Notes: a model not told the origin generated them from the sequence alone. A stretch of DNA of 64,000 nt from Lysobacterales bacterium (GCA_017302035.1 JAFLEA010000002.1:14011-78010), one strand, 5' to 3'; shown: positions 31,751-43,207, counted from the first letter of the stretch. Numbers and translations are program-made.

Positions 31751-34700
31751 ATGAACATCACCGAGTTGTCCATCCGCCGCCCGGTCACCACGATCATGCT
31801 GTTCGTGTCGATGGTGGCGATCGGGCTGATCGCCTCGTTCCGGCTGTCGCTTGAGGCCGAGCCGGAGGCGACCATTCCGTTCTTCTTCATCGCCCTGCCG
31901 TACGCCGGCTCCACCCCGGAAGAGGTGGAGCGCAACCTGCTGCGGCCGGTGGAGGAGGCGATCGCGACCATGCCCGGGATCCGTTCGATGAACGGGCGGG
32001 CGAACGCGGACGGCGCGCAGATCCAGGTCGAATTCAGCGACTGGAGCCGCGACATCGCCATCGCCGCCTCGGAAGCGCGCGAACGCATCGACGCGATCCG
32101 CGACCAGCTCCCGAACGATTTCCGCCGCTACTACGTGCAGCGCTGGAGCACCTCGGACCGGGAGGCGATGACCCTGCGCCTGACCAGCGACGACGACCTG
32201 ACCCGGCGCGCGGACCTGATCGAGCGCAGCCTCAAGCATCGCCTGGAGCGCCTGCCCGGGGTGGCCCGGGTCGAAGTCGAGGGCGTGGCCCGGCAGGAAG
32301 TGCTGGTGGCGCTGGACAAGGACCGGCTGAGCGCGCATGGGGTGGCGCTCAACGAACTGGTGCAGCGGCTGCAGGCGGCCAACTTCTCGGTCTCGGCCGG
32401 GCAGATCACCGAGGACGGGCGCCGCCTGCGGGTGCAGCCGCGCGGCGAACTGCTGCAACTGCAGTCCCTGCGCGACCTGCCGGTGGACGCGCGCGGCACC
32501 CGTCTGTCCGACATCGCCACCGTGGACCTGCAGCCGCAGCGGATGAACTACGTGCGGCAGATGGACGGCAAGCCCAGCGTCGGGGTGGACGTCTACAAGG
32601 AGCGTTCGGCGAACCTGGTCGACCTTTCACGCTCGGTCCGGGCCGAGATCGGCCGGCTGGAAAGCGATCCCGCCATGCGCGGGATCAAGATCGAAGTCGC
32701 CGACGACCAGGGCCAGGCGGTGACCGCCTCGTTGCTGGCGCTGGCCGAAGCCGGCGCGATCGGCCTGCTGCTGTCGGTGATCGTGCTCTACGCGTTCCTG
32801 CGCCACTGGCCGTCCACCCTGATGGTCAGCCTGGCGATCCCGATCTGCTTCGTGATGACCCTGGGCTTCATGTACTTCGCCGGGATCACCCTGAACATCA
32901 TTTCGATGATGGGGCTGTTGCTGGCGGTGGGCATGCTGGTGGACAACGCGGTGGTGGTGGTGGAAAGCATCTACCAGGAGCGCGAACGGTACCCGGACGA
33001 TCCCGAGCGCGCCTCGATCGTCGGCACCCGCAACGTCGCCATCGCCCTGTCGGCCGGCACCCTGTGCCACTGCGTGGTGTTCCTGCCGATGCTGTTCGGC
33101 GAGAAGAACATCATCAGCATCTACCTGGGGCAACTGGCGGTGACCATTTCGGTCTCGCTGCTGGCCTCGTGGCTGGTCGCGGTCAGCCTGATCCCGATGC
33201 TGTCGGCGCGGATGAAGACCCCGCCGGCGGTGAAGTCGCCGACGATCGCGCGGCTCCAGGATCGCTATGCGCGGGCGCTGCGCTGGACCCTGCTGCACCG
33301 TGGCTGGAGCGTGGCCGGCATCGTGCTCATCACCGTGGCCAGCGTGTGGCCGATGATGCACACCCAGGGGGGGGGCGACGAAAGCGATCCGAGCGAGATC
33401 AACATCTTCTACCAGTGGCGAGGCGCCTATTCCAAGGAGGAGATGGGCAAGGAGGTCGCGCGGGTGGAGGAATTCATCAATGCCCATCGCCAGGACTTCC
33501 GGGTCGAGCGTGTCCACAGCCGCTACAGCGAGCAGGGCTGGGCCCAGACCCGCATGTTCCTCGACGTGGAAGACCGCGAACTGAGCAAGCGGATCGAGGA
33601 GAAGGTGCGCGAGGGCCTGCCCAAGTCGGCGCGGGCGCGGATCGGCATCGGCTGGCCCGGCGGCATGGGCAGCGAGGGCCAGGGCATCCGCTTCAGCCTG
33701 ATCGGCGATTCCACCGCCACCCTGAAGGAACTGGCCGACGACATCGTGCCGATGCTGGGGCGCAATCCGAAACTGCGCGACGTGCGGGTGGACACCGGCG
33801 ACGCCAACACCGAGCTGGCGGTGCGGGTCGACCGCGAGCGTGCCGCCGCCTACGGCTTCAGCGCCGAACAGGTGGCGCAGTTCGTCAGCATGGCCCTGCG
33901 CGGCTCGTCGCTGCGCGACTTCCATCGCGAGGACGTGGAGATCCCGGTCAACGTGCGCTTCGCCGGTTCGGACAAGTACGGGGTCGAGGACCTGTCCACC
34001 TTCATGGTGCGCGCGCCCAACGGGTCCGAGGTGCCGCTGCTGGCGATGGTCGACGTGGGGGTCAATCCGGCCGCCACCTCGATCCAGCGCCTGAACCGGC
34101 AGACCATGTTGCGGGTGGAAGCGGGGGTGGCGCCGGACGTGCCCATGGACGAGGCGCGCAAGGCGATCGAGACGGCGCTGGAGGGCGTGCAGTTCCCGCC
34201 CGGCTACGGCTATACCTTCTCCGGTGCCGGCTTCAACATCAACTTCGACGGCATGGACCAGATGGTGACCAGTATCGCCATCGCCCTGATCCTGATGTTC
34301 GTGATCATGGCGGCGGTGTTCGAATCGCTGCTGTTCCCGGGCGCGATCATGTCCTGCGTGGTGTTCTCGATCTTCGGCGTGTACTGGCTGTTCTGGCTGA
34401 CCGGCACCGAGATGAACATCATGGCCGTGATCGGCATCCTGGTGCTGATGGGTGTGGTGGTGAACAACGGCATCGTGATGATCGAGCACATCAACAACCT
34501 GCGCCGGCGCGGCCTGCCGAGGGTCGAGGCGCTGGTGGAGGGCAGCCGCGAGCGCCTGCGCCCGATCCTGATGACCATGGGCACGGCGATCCTGGCGATG
34601 GTGCCGATCGCGCTGAACACCCACACCGCCGACGGCATGCCGCCGTACTACCCGATGGCGCGGGCCATCGCCGGCGGCCTGGCGTTCTCCACGGTGGTCA

Positions 34701-34828
34701 GCCTGCTGTTCCTGCCGACCATCTACGCGATCCTGGACGACCTGCGCACCGGCACGGCGCGGCTGGTGCGGCGCGCGCGCGGCCTGGCCCCGGTGGAGCC
34801 GGCCATGCCGTTGCCCGTGCGGGACTGA
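31751..34828 (+). CDS. Second RND efflux permease (AcrB/MdtC-like)
   Basis: The 1025-aa product has AcrB-family motifs (ELSIRRPVTTIML, LLLAVGMLVDNAVVVVESI, VVNNGIVMIEHIN). It starts 3 nt after the first permease. Confidence 0.92.
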   Translation: MNITELSIRRPVTTIMLFVSMVAIGLIASFRLSLEAEPEATIPFFFIALPYAGSTPEEVERNLLRPVEEAIATMPGIRSMNGRANADGAQIQVEFSDWSRDIAIAASEARERIDAIRDQLPNDFRRYYVQRWSTSDREAMTLRLTSDDDLTRRADLIERSLKHRLERLPGVARVEVEGVARQEVLVALDKDRLSAHGVALNELVQRLQAANFSVSAGQITEDGRRLRVQPRGELLQLQSLRDLPVDARGTRLSDIATVDLQPQRMNYVRQMDGKPSVGVDVYKERSANLVDLSRSVRAEIGRLESDPAMRGIKIEVADDQGQAVTASLLALAEAGAIGLLLSVIVLYAFLRHWPSTLMVSLAIPICFVMTLGFMYFAGITLNIISMMGLLLAVGMLVDNAVVVVESIYQERERYPDDPERASIVGTRNVAIALSAGTLCHCVVFLPMLFGEKNIISIYLGQLAVTISVSLLASWLVAVSLIPMLSARMKTPPAVKSPTIARLQDRYARALRWTLLHRGWSVAGIVLITVASVWPMMHTQGGGDESDPSEINIFYQWRGAYSKEEMGKEVARVEEFINAHRQDFRVERVHSRYSEQGWAQTRMFLDVEDRELSKRIEEKVREGLPKSARARIGIGWPGGMGSEGQGIRFSLIGDSTATLKELADDIVPMLGRNPKLRDVRVDTGDANTELAVRVDRERAAAYGFSAEQVAQFVSMALRGSSLRDFHREDVEIPVNVRFAGSDKYGVEDLSTFMVRAPNGSEVPLLAMVDVGVNPAATSIQRLNRQTMLRVEAGVAPDVPMDEARKAIETALEGVQFPPGYGYTFSGAGFNINFDGMDQMVTSIAIALILMFVIMAAVFESLLFPGAIMSCVVFSIFGVYWLFWLTGTEMNIMAVIGILVLMGVVVNNGIVMIEHINNLRRRGLPRVEALVEGSRERLRPILMTMGTAILAMVPIALNTHTADGMPPYYPMARAIAGGLAFSTVVSLLFLPTIYAILDDLRTGTARLVRRARGLAPVEPAMPLPVRD

Positions 34829-34843
34829 TCCGGGGTCATCGGG

Positions 34844-34874
34844 CCCCCTGCCATTCCGGCAGGGGGCGATTTTT
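34844..34874 (+). terminator. Rho-independent terminator closing the RND operon
   Basis: CCCCCTGCC (34844-34852) pairs with GGCAGGGGG (34858-34866) as a 9-bp stem with a 5-nt loop. It is followed by CGATTTTT. Confidence 0.75.
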
Positions 34875-34888
34875 CCAGGAGATTGTGG

Positions 34889-35602
34889 ATGCCACGGGCA
34901 TTTCCTTCCGGCAGCCGGCTTGCCGGCCTGCTGTACCTGACCGTCGTCGTCACCGGATTCTTCTGCCTGGCCTATGTGCCCGGGCAGCTTGCCGCCCCCG
35001 ATGCGCAAGCGGTGCTGGACAACGTGGTCGCCAGGCAGTCGCTGGTCCAGCAGGGCGCGGCGGCCTTCATCGTCATGCAGGTGGCCTTCCTGTTGCTGGC
35101 CCTGGCGCTGTATCGCGGTTTCCAGGACGTGAGCCGGCCCGCCGCGACGCTGATGGTGGCATTCGTGGCGGTGAGCGTTCCGTTGGCTCTGGCGGCGCTG
35201 TCGCATCGGCTGCAGGCGCTTGCCCTGTTGGTCGATGCCGACAGTGCGCAGCTGTTGCCGCCCGGGCAGCGCCAGTACCTGGCGCATGCGGCGCTGGAGG
35301 CGTACCGCAGCGGCATGCAACTGGTACGCGTGTTCTGGGGGCTATGGCTGCTGCCATTCGGCTGGCTGGCCCTGCGCTCCGGGCGCCTGCCGCGCGTGCT
35401 GGGAATCCTGCTGGTATTGGGCGGGCTGGGCTACGTGCTTGGCGTATTGGCGGAATTGCTGGTGCCCGGATACGGTGCCTGGCCGCTCTCGGGCTACCTG
35501 ACGTTGCCGGCCGCGCTGGGCGAAATCGGCACCTGCCTGTGGCTGCTGCTGTTCGGACTGCGCGCTGATCGCACAGGCGCGATATCTCCACTGGCTACCT
35601 GA
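34889..35602 (+). CDS. DUF4386-family membrane protein
   Basis: This polytopic protein has LLYLTVVVTGFFCLAYVP and a WGLWLLPFGWLALRSG.LPR.LGILLVLGG.GY pattern, as in DUF4386. This is family recall only. Confidence 0.6.
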   Translation: MPRAFPSGSRLAGLLYLTVVVTGFFCLAYVPGQLAAPDAQAVLDNVVARQSLVQQGAAAFIVMQVAFLLLALALYRGFQDVSRPAATLMVAFVAVSVPLALAALSHRLQALALLVDADSAQLLPPGQRQYLAHAALEAYRSGMQLVRVFWGLWLLPFGWLALRSGRLPRVLGILLVLGGLGYVLGVLAELLVPGYGAWPLSGYLTLPAALGEIGTCLWLLLFGLRADRTGAISPLAT

Positions 35603-35609
35603 GGCCGCC

Positions 35610-36056
35610 ATGCGCACCCCCGCTTCGTCGTCTCCCTTGTGCGACCCACCGCTGCCCCAACGACTGAAGCTGTCCGCGCTGTGGACGAGCCTGACCCTGC
35701 TGTTCCTGTATGGCGATTACTTCGGCCTGTACCGGCCCGGGAAACTGCAGCACATGCTGGATGGCGGTGGCCCGATGGGGCCGAGCAGCCAGGGCTCGCT
35801 GCTGTTCGTCGCCCTGCTGCTTGCGGTGCCTGGCCTGATGGTGTTCCTGTCGCTGGCGACACCGGTGCGCCTCGCGCGATGGCTCAATATCGGCGTGGCT
35901 GCGTTCTATGCGCTGTTCGTCGCGCTCACCATGCCGGGGGCATGGTGGTTCTATCTCGCCTACAGCAGCGTCGAGATACTCCTGGGCGTGGTCATCATGC
36001 GCATGGCCTGGAGATGGCCCCGCCTTGACGGTCGTGGCGGACCGGATCCGGGCTAG
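35610..36056 (+). CDS. Small polytopic membrane protein (DUF6326-like)
   Basis: It has four predicted TM segments, and LSALWTSLTLLFLYGDYF resembles the DUF6326 N-terminal pattern. Recall certainty is low. Confidence 0.45.
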   Translation: MRTPASSSPLCDPPLPQRLKLSALWTSLTLLFLYGDYFGLYRPGKLQHMLDGGGPMGPSSQGSLLFVALLLAVPGLMVFLSLATPVRLARWLNIGVAAFYALFVALTMPGAWWFYLAYSSVEILLGVVIMRMAWRWPRLDGRGGPDPG

Positions 36057-37282
36057 ACCAGGTTGCCGTAGACCCGGAAGCCCGCCAGCCACAGGCCGAG
36101 CATGCTGCCGAGATTGGTCAGCATGAAGGTCAGCACGATCCTGGTCACCCGGTTGCGGTACCAGCCCTTGACCGTTTGCGCGTCGTCGCGCAATTGGAGG
36201 AAATCGCGGTATGCCGGCTTGCGCAGCCGCGTTTCCACCACTGCGGCGAACGCGCCGGTGGGGATGCTCAGGCGGAACGGCTTGAACGGCGCCACCACGA
36301 TCGCGGTAAGCACGCTCAGCGGATGGCTGCCGGCCAGCAGTGCGCCCAGACCGGCCAGGCCGCCGGTGTACAGCGCCCAGATCGCCAGCATCCGCGTGCC
36401 CATGTCCATGCCGCCCTTCCAGAAGCCGACGCCGACCCCGGCCAGCACCACCGCCAGGATGGCCAGAGTGATCCATGGGATGTTGCGCTTCTTCGGCACG
36501 TCCTCCAGCTGCCTGCGCAGCGCGGTGGGCTCGTCGGTATCGGTTTCCAGGTGGTGGGCCAGGCCGGCGAGGTGGCCGGCACCTACCACCGCCAGCACCT
36601 CGCGCTGGCCGTCGGTGCGTGCCTCGCGCAGGCGCGTGGCCATGTAGCGGTCGCGCTCGCCGATGATGGCCTCGTACAGCGCGGGGCTTTCGCGGGCGAA
36701 TTCGCCGAAACTCGATTCGAGCATGTCGCCCTGCTTGAGCTTCTCGATCTCGTCCTCGCCCACGTCCTCGGACGACAGCAGGCCGGCGCCGAGGCCGGCG
36801 ACCAGCTTGATCCTGCCGAAGAAACCCAGCCGCCGCGAGGCGCGACGGAAGGTCAGGCCGACGTCGCGGTCGATCAGGTGCACCGGCAGGCCGCGTTCGC
36901 GAGCCAGCGCCACCGCACGCTTGAGCTCGGCGCCCGGTTCGATGCCCAGCTGCTCTGCCAGGCGGCGCTGGTAGGCGGCCAGGGCCAGGTTGGCGGCGAA
37001 CAACGCCATCCGCCCCTTGCGGATCACTTCCACCAGGTCCAGTCGCGCCAGGGCGTCCGGATCGGTGAGCGCCTGCAGGCGCTGCGGGTCGAGCTCGACC
37101 GCGACCGCGTCGAACCTGCCGCCGGCGATGGCCTGCTCCACCGCCAGCACGCTGGCCTGGGAGACGTGGGCAGTGCCCAGCAGCGTGTAGCGGACTCCGT
37201 CGCGTTCGACGATCCGCATGGGTTGGCCGGCGAGCGGGTCGCCGCCGTCGTGGTTTCGGGTGTCGATCGGGGTATCGGTCAT
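36053..37282 (-). CDS. TraB/GumN-family protein with a C-terminal membrane domain
   Basis: It contains YTLLGTAHVSQASV...VAVELD...VVGAGHLAGL, the TraB (pheromone-shutdown-like) signature, followed by about 4 TM helices. ATG 37282 was chosen. Confidence 0.8.
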   Translation of the reverse strand: MTDTPIDTRNHDGGDPLAGQPMRIVERDGVRYTLLGTAHVSQASVLAVEQAIAGGRFDAVAVELDPQRLQALTDPDALARLDLVEVIRKGRMALFAANLALAAYQRRLAEQLGIEPGAELKRAVALARERGLPVHLIDRDVGLTFRRASRRLGFFGRIKLVAGLGAGLLSSEDVGEDEIEKLKQGDMLESSFGEFARESPALYEAIIGERDRYMATRLREARTDGQREVLAVVGAGHLAGLAHHLETDTDEPTALRRQLEDVPKKRNIPWITLAILAVVLAGVGVGFWKGGMDMGTRMLAIWALYTGGLAGLGALLAGSHPLSVLTAIVVAPFKPFRLSIPTGAFAAVVETRLRKPAYRDFLQLRDDAQTVKGWYRNRVTRIVLTFMLTNLGSMLGLWLAGFRVYGNLV

Positions 37283-37818
37283 TGCGTGGTTCGTTCGGAA
37301 GGGGGGCTGCCTGCGCCGGCGCCCAGCGGACGCTGCATCTGCACGGTGTCCAGCCAGCGGCCGTGCTTCCAGGCGATGCCGCGGAAGATGCCGACCAGCT
37401 GGAAGCCGGACTTTTCGTGGAGGCGGATCGAGGCGGTGTTGGCCGGTTCGCCGATCACCGCGATCATCTGCCGGAAACCGCGCGCCGCGCACTCGTCGAT
37501 CAACCGTCCGAGCAGGGCCGTGCCGACACCGTGGCCCTGGTGGCCGGCGGCCACGTATACCGAGTTCTCCACCGTCCACTGGTAGGCGATCCGCCCGCGG
37601 TAGCTTCCGGCATAGGCGTAGCCGGCGATTTCGCCACCGGTTTCGGCCACCAGCCAGGGGAAGCCGTGAGCGAGCAGGTCCTGCATGCGTCGCAGCATTT
37701 CCGCTGCGTCCGGCGGGTCGTACTCGTAGGTGTTGACGAGATCGCGCACTTCGGCCGCATAGATGGCGGTGATCGCCGGCACGTCGTCCGGCGTGGCTGC
37801 ACGGATCGTGGGACTCAC
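37279..37818 (-). CDS. GNAT N-acetyltransferase, phosphinothricin/methionine-sulfoximine acetyltransferase-like
   Basis: It contains IRAATPDDVPAITAIY...TYEY.PP...WLVAE..GEIAGYAYAG.YR.R.AY..TVE.SVYV...HQG.GVG.ALL..LI, a PAT-type GNAT pattern. The start is taken at GTG 37818, 11 nt after the aguB stop. Confidence 0.78.
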   Translation of the reverse strand: MSPTIRAATPDDVPAITAIYAAEVRDLVNTYEYDPPDAAEMLRRMQDLLAHGFPWLVAETGGEIAGYAYAGSYRGRIAYQWTVENSVYVAAGHQGHGVGTALLGRLIDECAARGFRQMIAVIGEPANTASIRLHEKSGFQLVGIFRGIAWKHGRWLDTVQMQRPLGAGAGSPPSERTTQ

Positions 37819-37829
37819 CCGGACGGCCT

Positions 37830-38714
<885 letters not shown>

Positions 38715-38762
38715 GGCGGGTATTGTAAGCGGGAGCACGCTGCCGCCGCGAAGAGGTTCCGC

Positions 38763-39797
38763 TCAGCCGCCCAGTCCCAGCGGGATCTGCATGGTGATGC
38801 AGTGCAGGCTGCCGTTCTGCCAGATCAGCGGGCGGCAGGGCACCTGCACGATCTCGCGGCCCGGGAACGCGTCGGCCAGCACCGTCGCGGCGCGGTCGTC
38901 GGCCGGGTCGCCGTAGGCCGGCATCAGCACCGCGCCGTTGACGATGAGGAAGTTGGCGTAGGACGCGGCCAGGCGCCGGTCCTGGTCGATGATCGGCGCC
39001 GCCCAGGGCAGCGGGTACAGCCGGTAAGGGCGGCCGTCCGCGGTACGCAGCGCGGCGATCTCGGCGGCCATCGCCTGCAGCTCGGCATGGTGCGGATCGC
39101 CCGGATCGTCGCAGGCCTGGAACACGATCGCGTCGCCCGGCGCGAAGCGCGCCAGAGTATCGATGTGGGCGTCGGTGTCGTCGCCCTCCAGGTAGCCGTG
39201 GTCCAGCCACAGGACCCGTTCCTGGGCCAGCCAGCCGCGCAGCTTCGCCTCCAGGTCGGCACGGCCGGCCCGCGGGTGGCGCTCGTGCAGGCAGCGCCAG
39301 GTGGTGAGCAGGGTGCCGGCGCCGTCGGTCTCGATGCCGCCGCCCTCGAGCGCGAAGTCGATCCGTTGCCGCGGCGCATCGCCGAACACGCCCTGCGCGG
39401 CCAGCGACTCGACCAGGCGGTCGTCGCGCCCGGCCTCGAACTTGCCGCCCCAGGCGGTGAAATGGAAGTCGAGCACCCGGAAGCCGTCGCCGTCGCGCAA
39501 CACGATCGGTCCGGAGTCGCGCAGCCAGGTGTCGTCGTAGTCGAACGGGACGAAGCGGACCCGTTCCATGTCCACCCGCGCCGAGCGCAGGCGCGCCTCG
39601 GCATAGGTCTGCAGGTCGTCGTCGGCCACGCAGATCCAGGCCTGCTGGAAGCGCGTGATCGCCGCCACCAGGGCGATATAGGTGTCCTCGACTTCGCCCA
39701 GGCGTGCGGCCCAGTCGGTGCCGGCGTGCGGCCAGGCGACCAGCACCGCGGACTGGGGCTCCCACTCCGCGGGGAAGCGCATGTCCGGCTTGCTCAC
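38763..39797 (-). CDS. aguA: Agmatine deiminase
   Basis: It contains RFPAEWEPQSAVLVAWPH..TDW, WLRDSGPI, GG.IE.DG.GTLLTT and GSLHCITMQ, the PAD_porph/agmatine deiminase motifs. Confidence 0.9.
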   Translation of the reverse strand: MSKPDMRFPAEWEPQSAVLVAWPHAGTDWAARLGEVEDTYIALVAAITRFQQAWICVADDDLQTYAEARLRSARVDMERVRFVPFDYDDTWLRDSGPIVLRDGDGFRVLDFHFTAWGGKFEAGRDDRLVESLAAQGVFGDAPRQRIDFALEGGGIETDGAGTLLTTWRCLHERHPRAGRADLEAKLRGWLAQERVLWLDHGYLEGDDTDAHIDTLARFAPGDAIVFQACDDPGDPHHAELQAMAAEIAALRTADGRPYRLYPLPWAAPIIDQDRRLAASYANFLIVNGAVLMPAYGDPADDRAATVLADAFPGREIVQVPCRPLIWQNGSLHCITMQIPLGLGG

Positions 39798-40123
39798 TTG
39801 ATCGCTGGCTTCGGGCCCGCTTCCTGGGCATCAGCCTGGCGCGCGACCACGTCGATCACCCGGTTCTTCTCGAAGTACACCACGAACTCCGGATAGACCC
39901 AGCGGTTGATCGTCGGCCACTGCTGCTTCTGGCCGCCGCGCGGTTCCAGCTTCTGCTGCGGGGCGCCGAAGCGTGCCTCGACTTCGCCCATGCTCAGGCC
40001 GCGGGCCGGGACGGCCACCGCGGGCTTCTGGGCGGCGCGGTCGACCAGCAGGGTATCGGCCTGGGCGCCGCCGCAGACGGCGAGCGCGGCCAGCAGGATC
40101 AGGGTGTTCGGGCGGTACGTCAT
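39794..40123 (-). CDS. Small secreted protein, BamE/SmpA-OmlA-like fold suspected
   Basis: It has a signal peptide MTYRPNTLILLAALAVCGGAQA, then GLSMGEVEARFGAP...WVYPEFVVYFEKNRVIDV. Its stop overlaps the aguA ATG (ATGA). Confidence 0.55.
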   Translation of the reverse strand: MTYRPNTLILLAALAVCGGAQADTLLVDRAAQKPAVAVPARGLSMGEVEARFGAPQQKLEPRGGQKQQWPTINRWVYPEFVVYFEKNRVIDVVARQADAQEAGPKPAIK

Positions 40124-40248
40124 CGCGTTGCTCTCCCCGGATGGTGGCCGCATCGGCGGCGGTGGCAGGCAGGCCTGGGTGCAGGGACCGATTGTAAGCA
40201 GAAGCGGGCGCGCCGGGGCGGCGGCGATCGCGGGTTCCGGAAATGCGA

Positions 40249-40270
40249 AAGGCCGCATCGCTGCGGCCTT
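40249..40270 (-). terminator. Terminator hairpin downstream of the L36 gene
   Basis: AAGGCCGCA (40249-40257) pairs with TGCGGCCTT (40262-40270) as a 9-bp stem with a 4-nt loop. On the minus strand it is followed by TCGCATTTCC. Confidence 0.5.
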
Positions 40271-40318
40271 CGCCTCGATCCGCGCGCCGGCCCGGGGGCC
40301 GTTGCGCCGCCGGCCAGC

Positions 40319-40444
40319 TCAGCGCTGGCGGGCCTTGAAGCGCGGGTTGGACTTGCAGATCACGAAGACCTTGCCGCGGCGGCGGACCACCTTGCAGTCG
40401 CGGTGACGGGTCTTCGCCGACTTCAGGGAGGACAGGACTTTCAT
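40319..40444 (-). CDS. rpmJ: 50S ribosomal protein L36, YkgO-type (Zn-ribbon-less) form
   Basis: It is not in the ORF track because it is only 41 aa. My hand translation is [41 protein letters not shown], very close to the YkgO/L36 type B pattern (..[12 protein letters not shown]). Confidence 0.9.
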
Positions 40445-40632
40445 GACACACCTCGGAGGACGACGGAATTAGGGAATGCCAGGGCCGGTTCGGCCAGGGC
40501 GTGCAAACGAGCCCGCCATTCTAGCCGGCTTTCCCTTGCGGTTTCAAGCGCTTGCAGTCCGGTGTCAGTGCAGGGCGGGGCGGCCGGGCTACAATCGGTC
40601 CGGGAACCCGCCAGCCTGCCCTCGGAGCCGTC

Positions 40633-41310
40633 ATGTCCACCCCCGTCCCGGTCCTTACCATCGACGGTCCGTCCGGTGCCGGCAAGGGCACGGTCAGCCG
40701 CCTGGCAGCTTCGCGCCTGGGCTGGCACTACCTGGACTCGGGCGCCCTGTACCGCGCGGTCGGGGTGGCAGCCAGCTGGGCCGACCTGGACCTGGCCGAT
40801 CCGGCGGCCCTGGTGCGCTGCACCTTCGATACAGACGTCCGTTTCAGCGAAATTGACGGCAATTTGAGGATTTTCGTCAATGGCAGCGACGCCACCGACG
40901 AGCTGCGGCTGGAAACCACCGGCACCCTGGCCTCGGCCATCGCCGCCATCCCCGAGGTCCGGGCGGCGCTGAAGGAACGGCAGCGGGCATTCCGGCGCGA
41001 GCCCGGGCTGGTGGCCGACGGCCGCGACATGGGCACCGTCATCTTCCCGGACGCCACCACCAAGGTATTCCTCACCGCCAGCGCCGAGGAGCGTGCCCGC
41101 AGGCGGCATAACCAGTTGAAGGAAAAAGGGGTTTCGGTTATATTCGACGGTCTGCTGCGGGAGATCCTCGCCCGCGATGCCCGCGATGCCCAGCGCACCG
41201 TGGCGCCGCTGAAGCCGGCCGACGATGCCGTCCTCATCGACACCACGGGCCTGTCCATCGAAGAAGTCGTCGACCGCGTCCTGGCCCTGGTGCCCGCACG
41301 CGCCGGCTGA
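40633..41310 (+). CDS. cmk: Cytidylate kinase
   Basis: It contains [16 protein letters not shown] (P-loop), LDSGALYR and [10 protein letters not shown]. It sits in the conserved position upstream of rpsA. Confidence 0.92.
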   Translation: MSTPVPVLTIDGPSGAGKGTVSRLAASRLGWHYLDSGALYRAVGVAASWADLDLADPAALVRCTFDTDVRFSEIDGNLRIFVNGSDATDELRLETTGTLASAIAAIPEVRAALKERQRAFRREPGLVADGRDMGTVIFPDATTKVFLTASAEERARRRHNQLKEKGVSVIFDGLLREILARDARDAQRTVAPLKPADDAVLIDTTGLSIEEVVDRVLALVPARAG

Positions 41311-41377
41311 CCTCGCCTGCTTCCGGCACCGCGCCGGATCCCACGCAGCAGAATGGCGCGCAAGCGCCGCAGGCGCC

Positions 41378-41402
41378 GCCGTGGGTGACCACGGCGATTT
41401 TT
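41378..41402 (+). terminator. Rho-independent terminator after cmk
   Basis: GCCGTGG (41378-41384) pairs with CCACGGC (41389-41395), with loop GTGA. It is followed by GATTTTT. Confidence 0.6.
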
Positions 41403-41504
41403 CCATCCAACCAACCACACAAGGCCCTCGCGGGCCGACCAGGGGGGCGTGGCGCCCATCGCAGCGATGGCATCCCGTCCGTGTGTCCAACCGAGTAATC
41501 AACA

Positions 41505-43193
41505 ATGACCGAATCATTTGCAGAACTGTTCGAACAGAGCCAGGCCAATCTGGCCAAGCTGAAGCCGGGCGCCATCGTCATCGGTACCGTCGTGGACGTC
41601 CGCGGCGACGTGGTGGTGATCAACGCCGGCCTCAAGTCCGAAGGCATCGTGCCGATCGAGCAGTTCCGTAACGACGCCGGCGAAATCGACGTGGGCGTGG
41701 GCGACCAGGTCAAGGTCGCGCTGGACTCCATCGAGAATGGCTTTGGCGAAACCGTGCTGTCGCGCGAGAAGGCCAAGCGTGCGATGGTGTGGGACGAACT
41801 CGAGGAAGCCCTCGAGAAGAACGAGACCATCACCGGCCGCATCAGCGGCAAGGTCAAGGGCGGCTTCACCGTCGACATCAAGGACGTCCGCGCGTTCCTG
41901 CCCGGTTCGCTGGTGGACGTGCGCCCGGTGCGCGACCCGGCCTACCTGGAAGGCAAGGAGCTGGAGTTCAAGCTCATCAAGCTGGACCGCAAGCGCAACA
42001 ACGTGGTCGTCTCCCGCCGCGCGGTGGTCGAGAGCGAGCATTCGGAAGAGCGCGAGCAGCTGATGGAGAAGCTGCAGGAAGGCGCCGTGCTCAAGGGCGT
42101 GGTCAAGAACCTGACCGACTACGGCGCGTTCGTGGACCTGGGCGGCATCGACGGCCTGCTGCACATCACCGACATGGCGTGGAAGCGCGTGCGCCATCCG
42201 TCCGAGGTGGTCAACGTCGGCGACGAGCTGGACGTGCGCGTGCTCAAGTTCGACCGCGAGCGCAACCGCGTGTCGCTGGGCCTGAAGCAGCTGGGCGAGG
42301 ATCCGTGGGACAACATCGCCCGCCGCTACCCGGCCAACAGCCGCGTGTTCGGCAAGGTCTCCAACGTCACCGATTACGGCGCGTTCGTCGAGATCGAGCC
42401 GGGCGTCGAGGGCCTGGTGCACGTGTCCGAAATGGACTGGACCAACAAGAACGTCAACCCGTCCAAGGTCGTGCAGGTCGGCGACGAGGTCGAGGTCATG
42501 GTCCTGGACGTGGACGAGGAGCGCCGCCGCATCTCGTTGGGCATGAAGCAGGTCGCCGCCAACCCGTGGGAGACCTTCGCCGCGATCCACAAGAAGAACG
42601 ACAAGGTGTCCGGCCAGATCAAGTCGATCACCGACTTCGGCATCTTCATCGGCCTGGACGGCGGCATCGACGGCCTGGTCCACCTGTCCGACATCAGCTG
42701 GAACACCACCGGCGAGGACATCCTGCGCAACTACAAGAAGGGCGACACGCTGGAAGCGGTCGTGCTTGCGGTCGATCCCGAGCGCGAGCGCATCAGCCTG
42801 GGCCTGAAGCAGATGGAGCAGGATCCGTTCGGCCAGTACATGGCCACCCACCCGAAGGGCTCCAAGGTCGAAGGCACGGTGAAGGAAGTGGATGCCAAGG
42901 GCGCCACGATCGACCTGGGCGACGGCGTCGAGGGCTACGTGTCGGCGCGCGACATCAGCTACGACCGCGTGGACGACGCCACCCAGCACCTGAAGGTCGG
43001 CGACAAGGTCGAGGCCAAGTTCGTGGGCATGGACCGCAAGGGCCGCAGCCTGCAGCTGTCGATCAAGGCCAAGGACGAAGCCGAGACCGCCGAGGCGCTG
43101 GCCGAGTACAACAAGGCCGCCGCCGAAGCCGCCACCGGCACCACCAGCCTGGGCGCGCTGCTGCGCGCGCAGCTGGGCGGCAAGTCCGAGTAA
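41505..43193 (+). CDS. rpsA: 30S ribosomal protein S1
   Basis: The 562-aa product has six S1 domains and starts [12 protein letters not shown]...G.IV.G.V, the canonical pattern. Confidence 0.96.
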   Translation: MTESFAELFEQSQANLAKLKPGAIVIGTVVDVRGDVVVINAGLKSEGIVPIEQFRNDAGEIDVGVGDQVKVALDSIENGFGETVLSREKAKRAMVWDELEEALEKNETITGRISGKVKGGFTVDIKDVRAFLPGSLVDVRPVRDPAYLEGKELEFKLIKLDRKRNNVVVSRRAVVESEHSEEREQLMEKLQEGAVLKGVVKNLTDYGAFVDLGGIDGLLHITDMAWKRVRHPSEVVNVGDELDVRVLKFDRERNRVSLGLKQLGEDPWDNIARRYPANSRVFGKVSNVTDYGAFVEIEPGVEGLVHVSEMDWTNKNVNPSKVVQVGDEVEVMVLDVDEERRRISLGMKQVAANPWETFAAIHKKNDKVSGQIKSITDFGIFIGLDGGIDGLVHLSDISWNTTGEDILRNYKKGDTLEAVVLAVDPERERISLGLKQMEQDPFGQYMATHPKGSKVEGTVKEVDAKGATIDLGDGVEGYVSARDISYDRVDDATQHLKVGDKVEAKFVGMDRKGRSLQLSIKAKDEAETAEALAEYNKAAAEAATGTTSLGALLRAQLGGKSE

Positions 43194-43207
43194 GCAAGTC
43201 CGCAGTC

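Noticed and set aside
40445-40632. A Zur box upstream of the YkgO-type L36 gene.
   Set aside because: No AT-rich palindrome of the Zur type is visible in the divergent promoter region, only ordinary -10-like hexamers.
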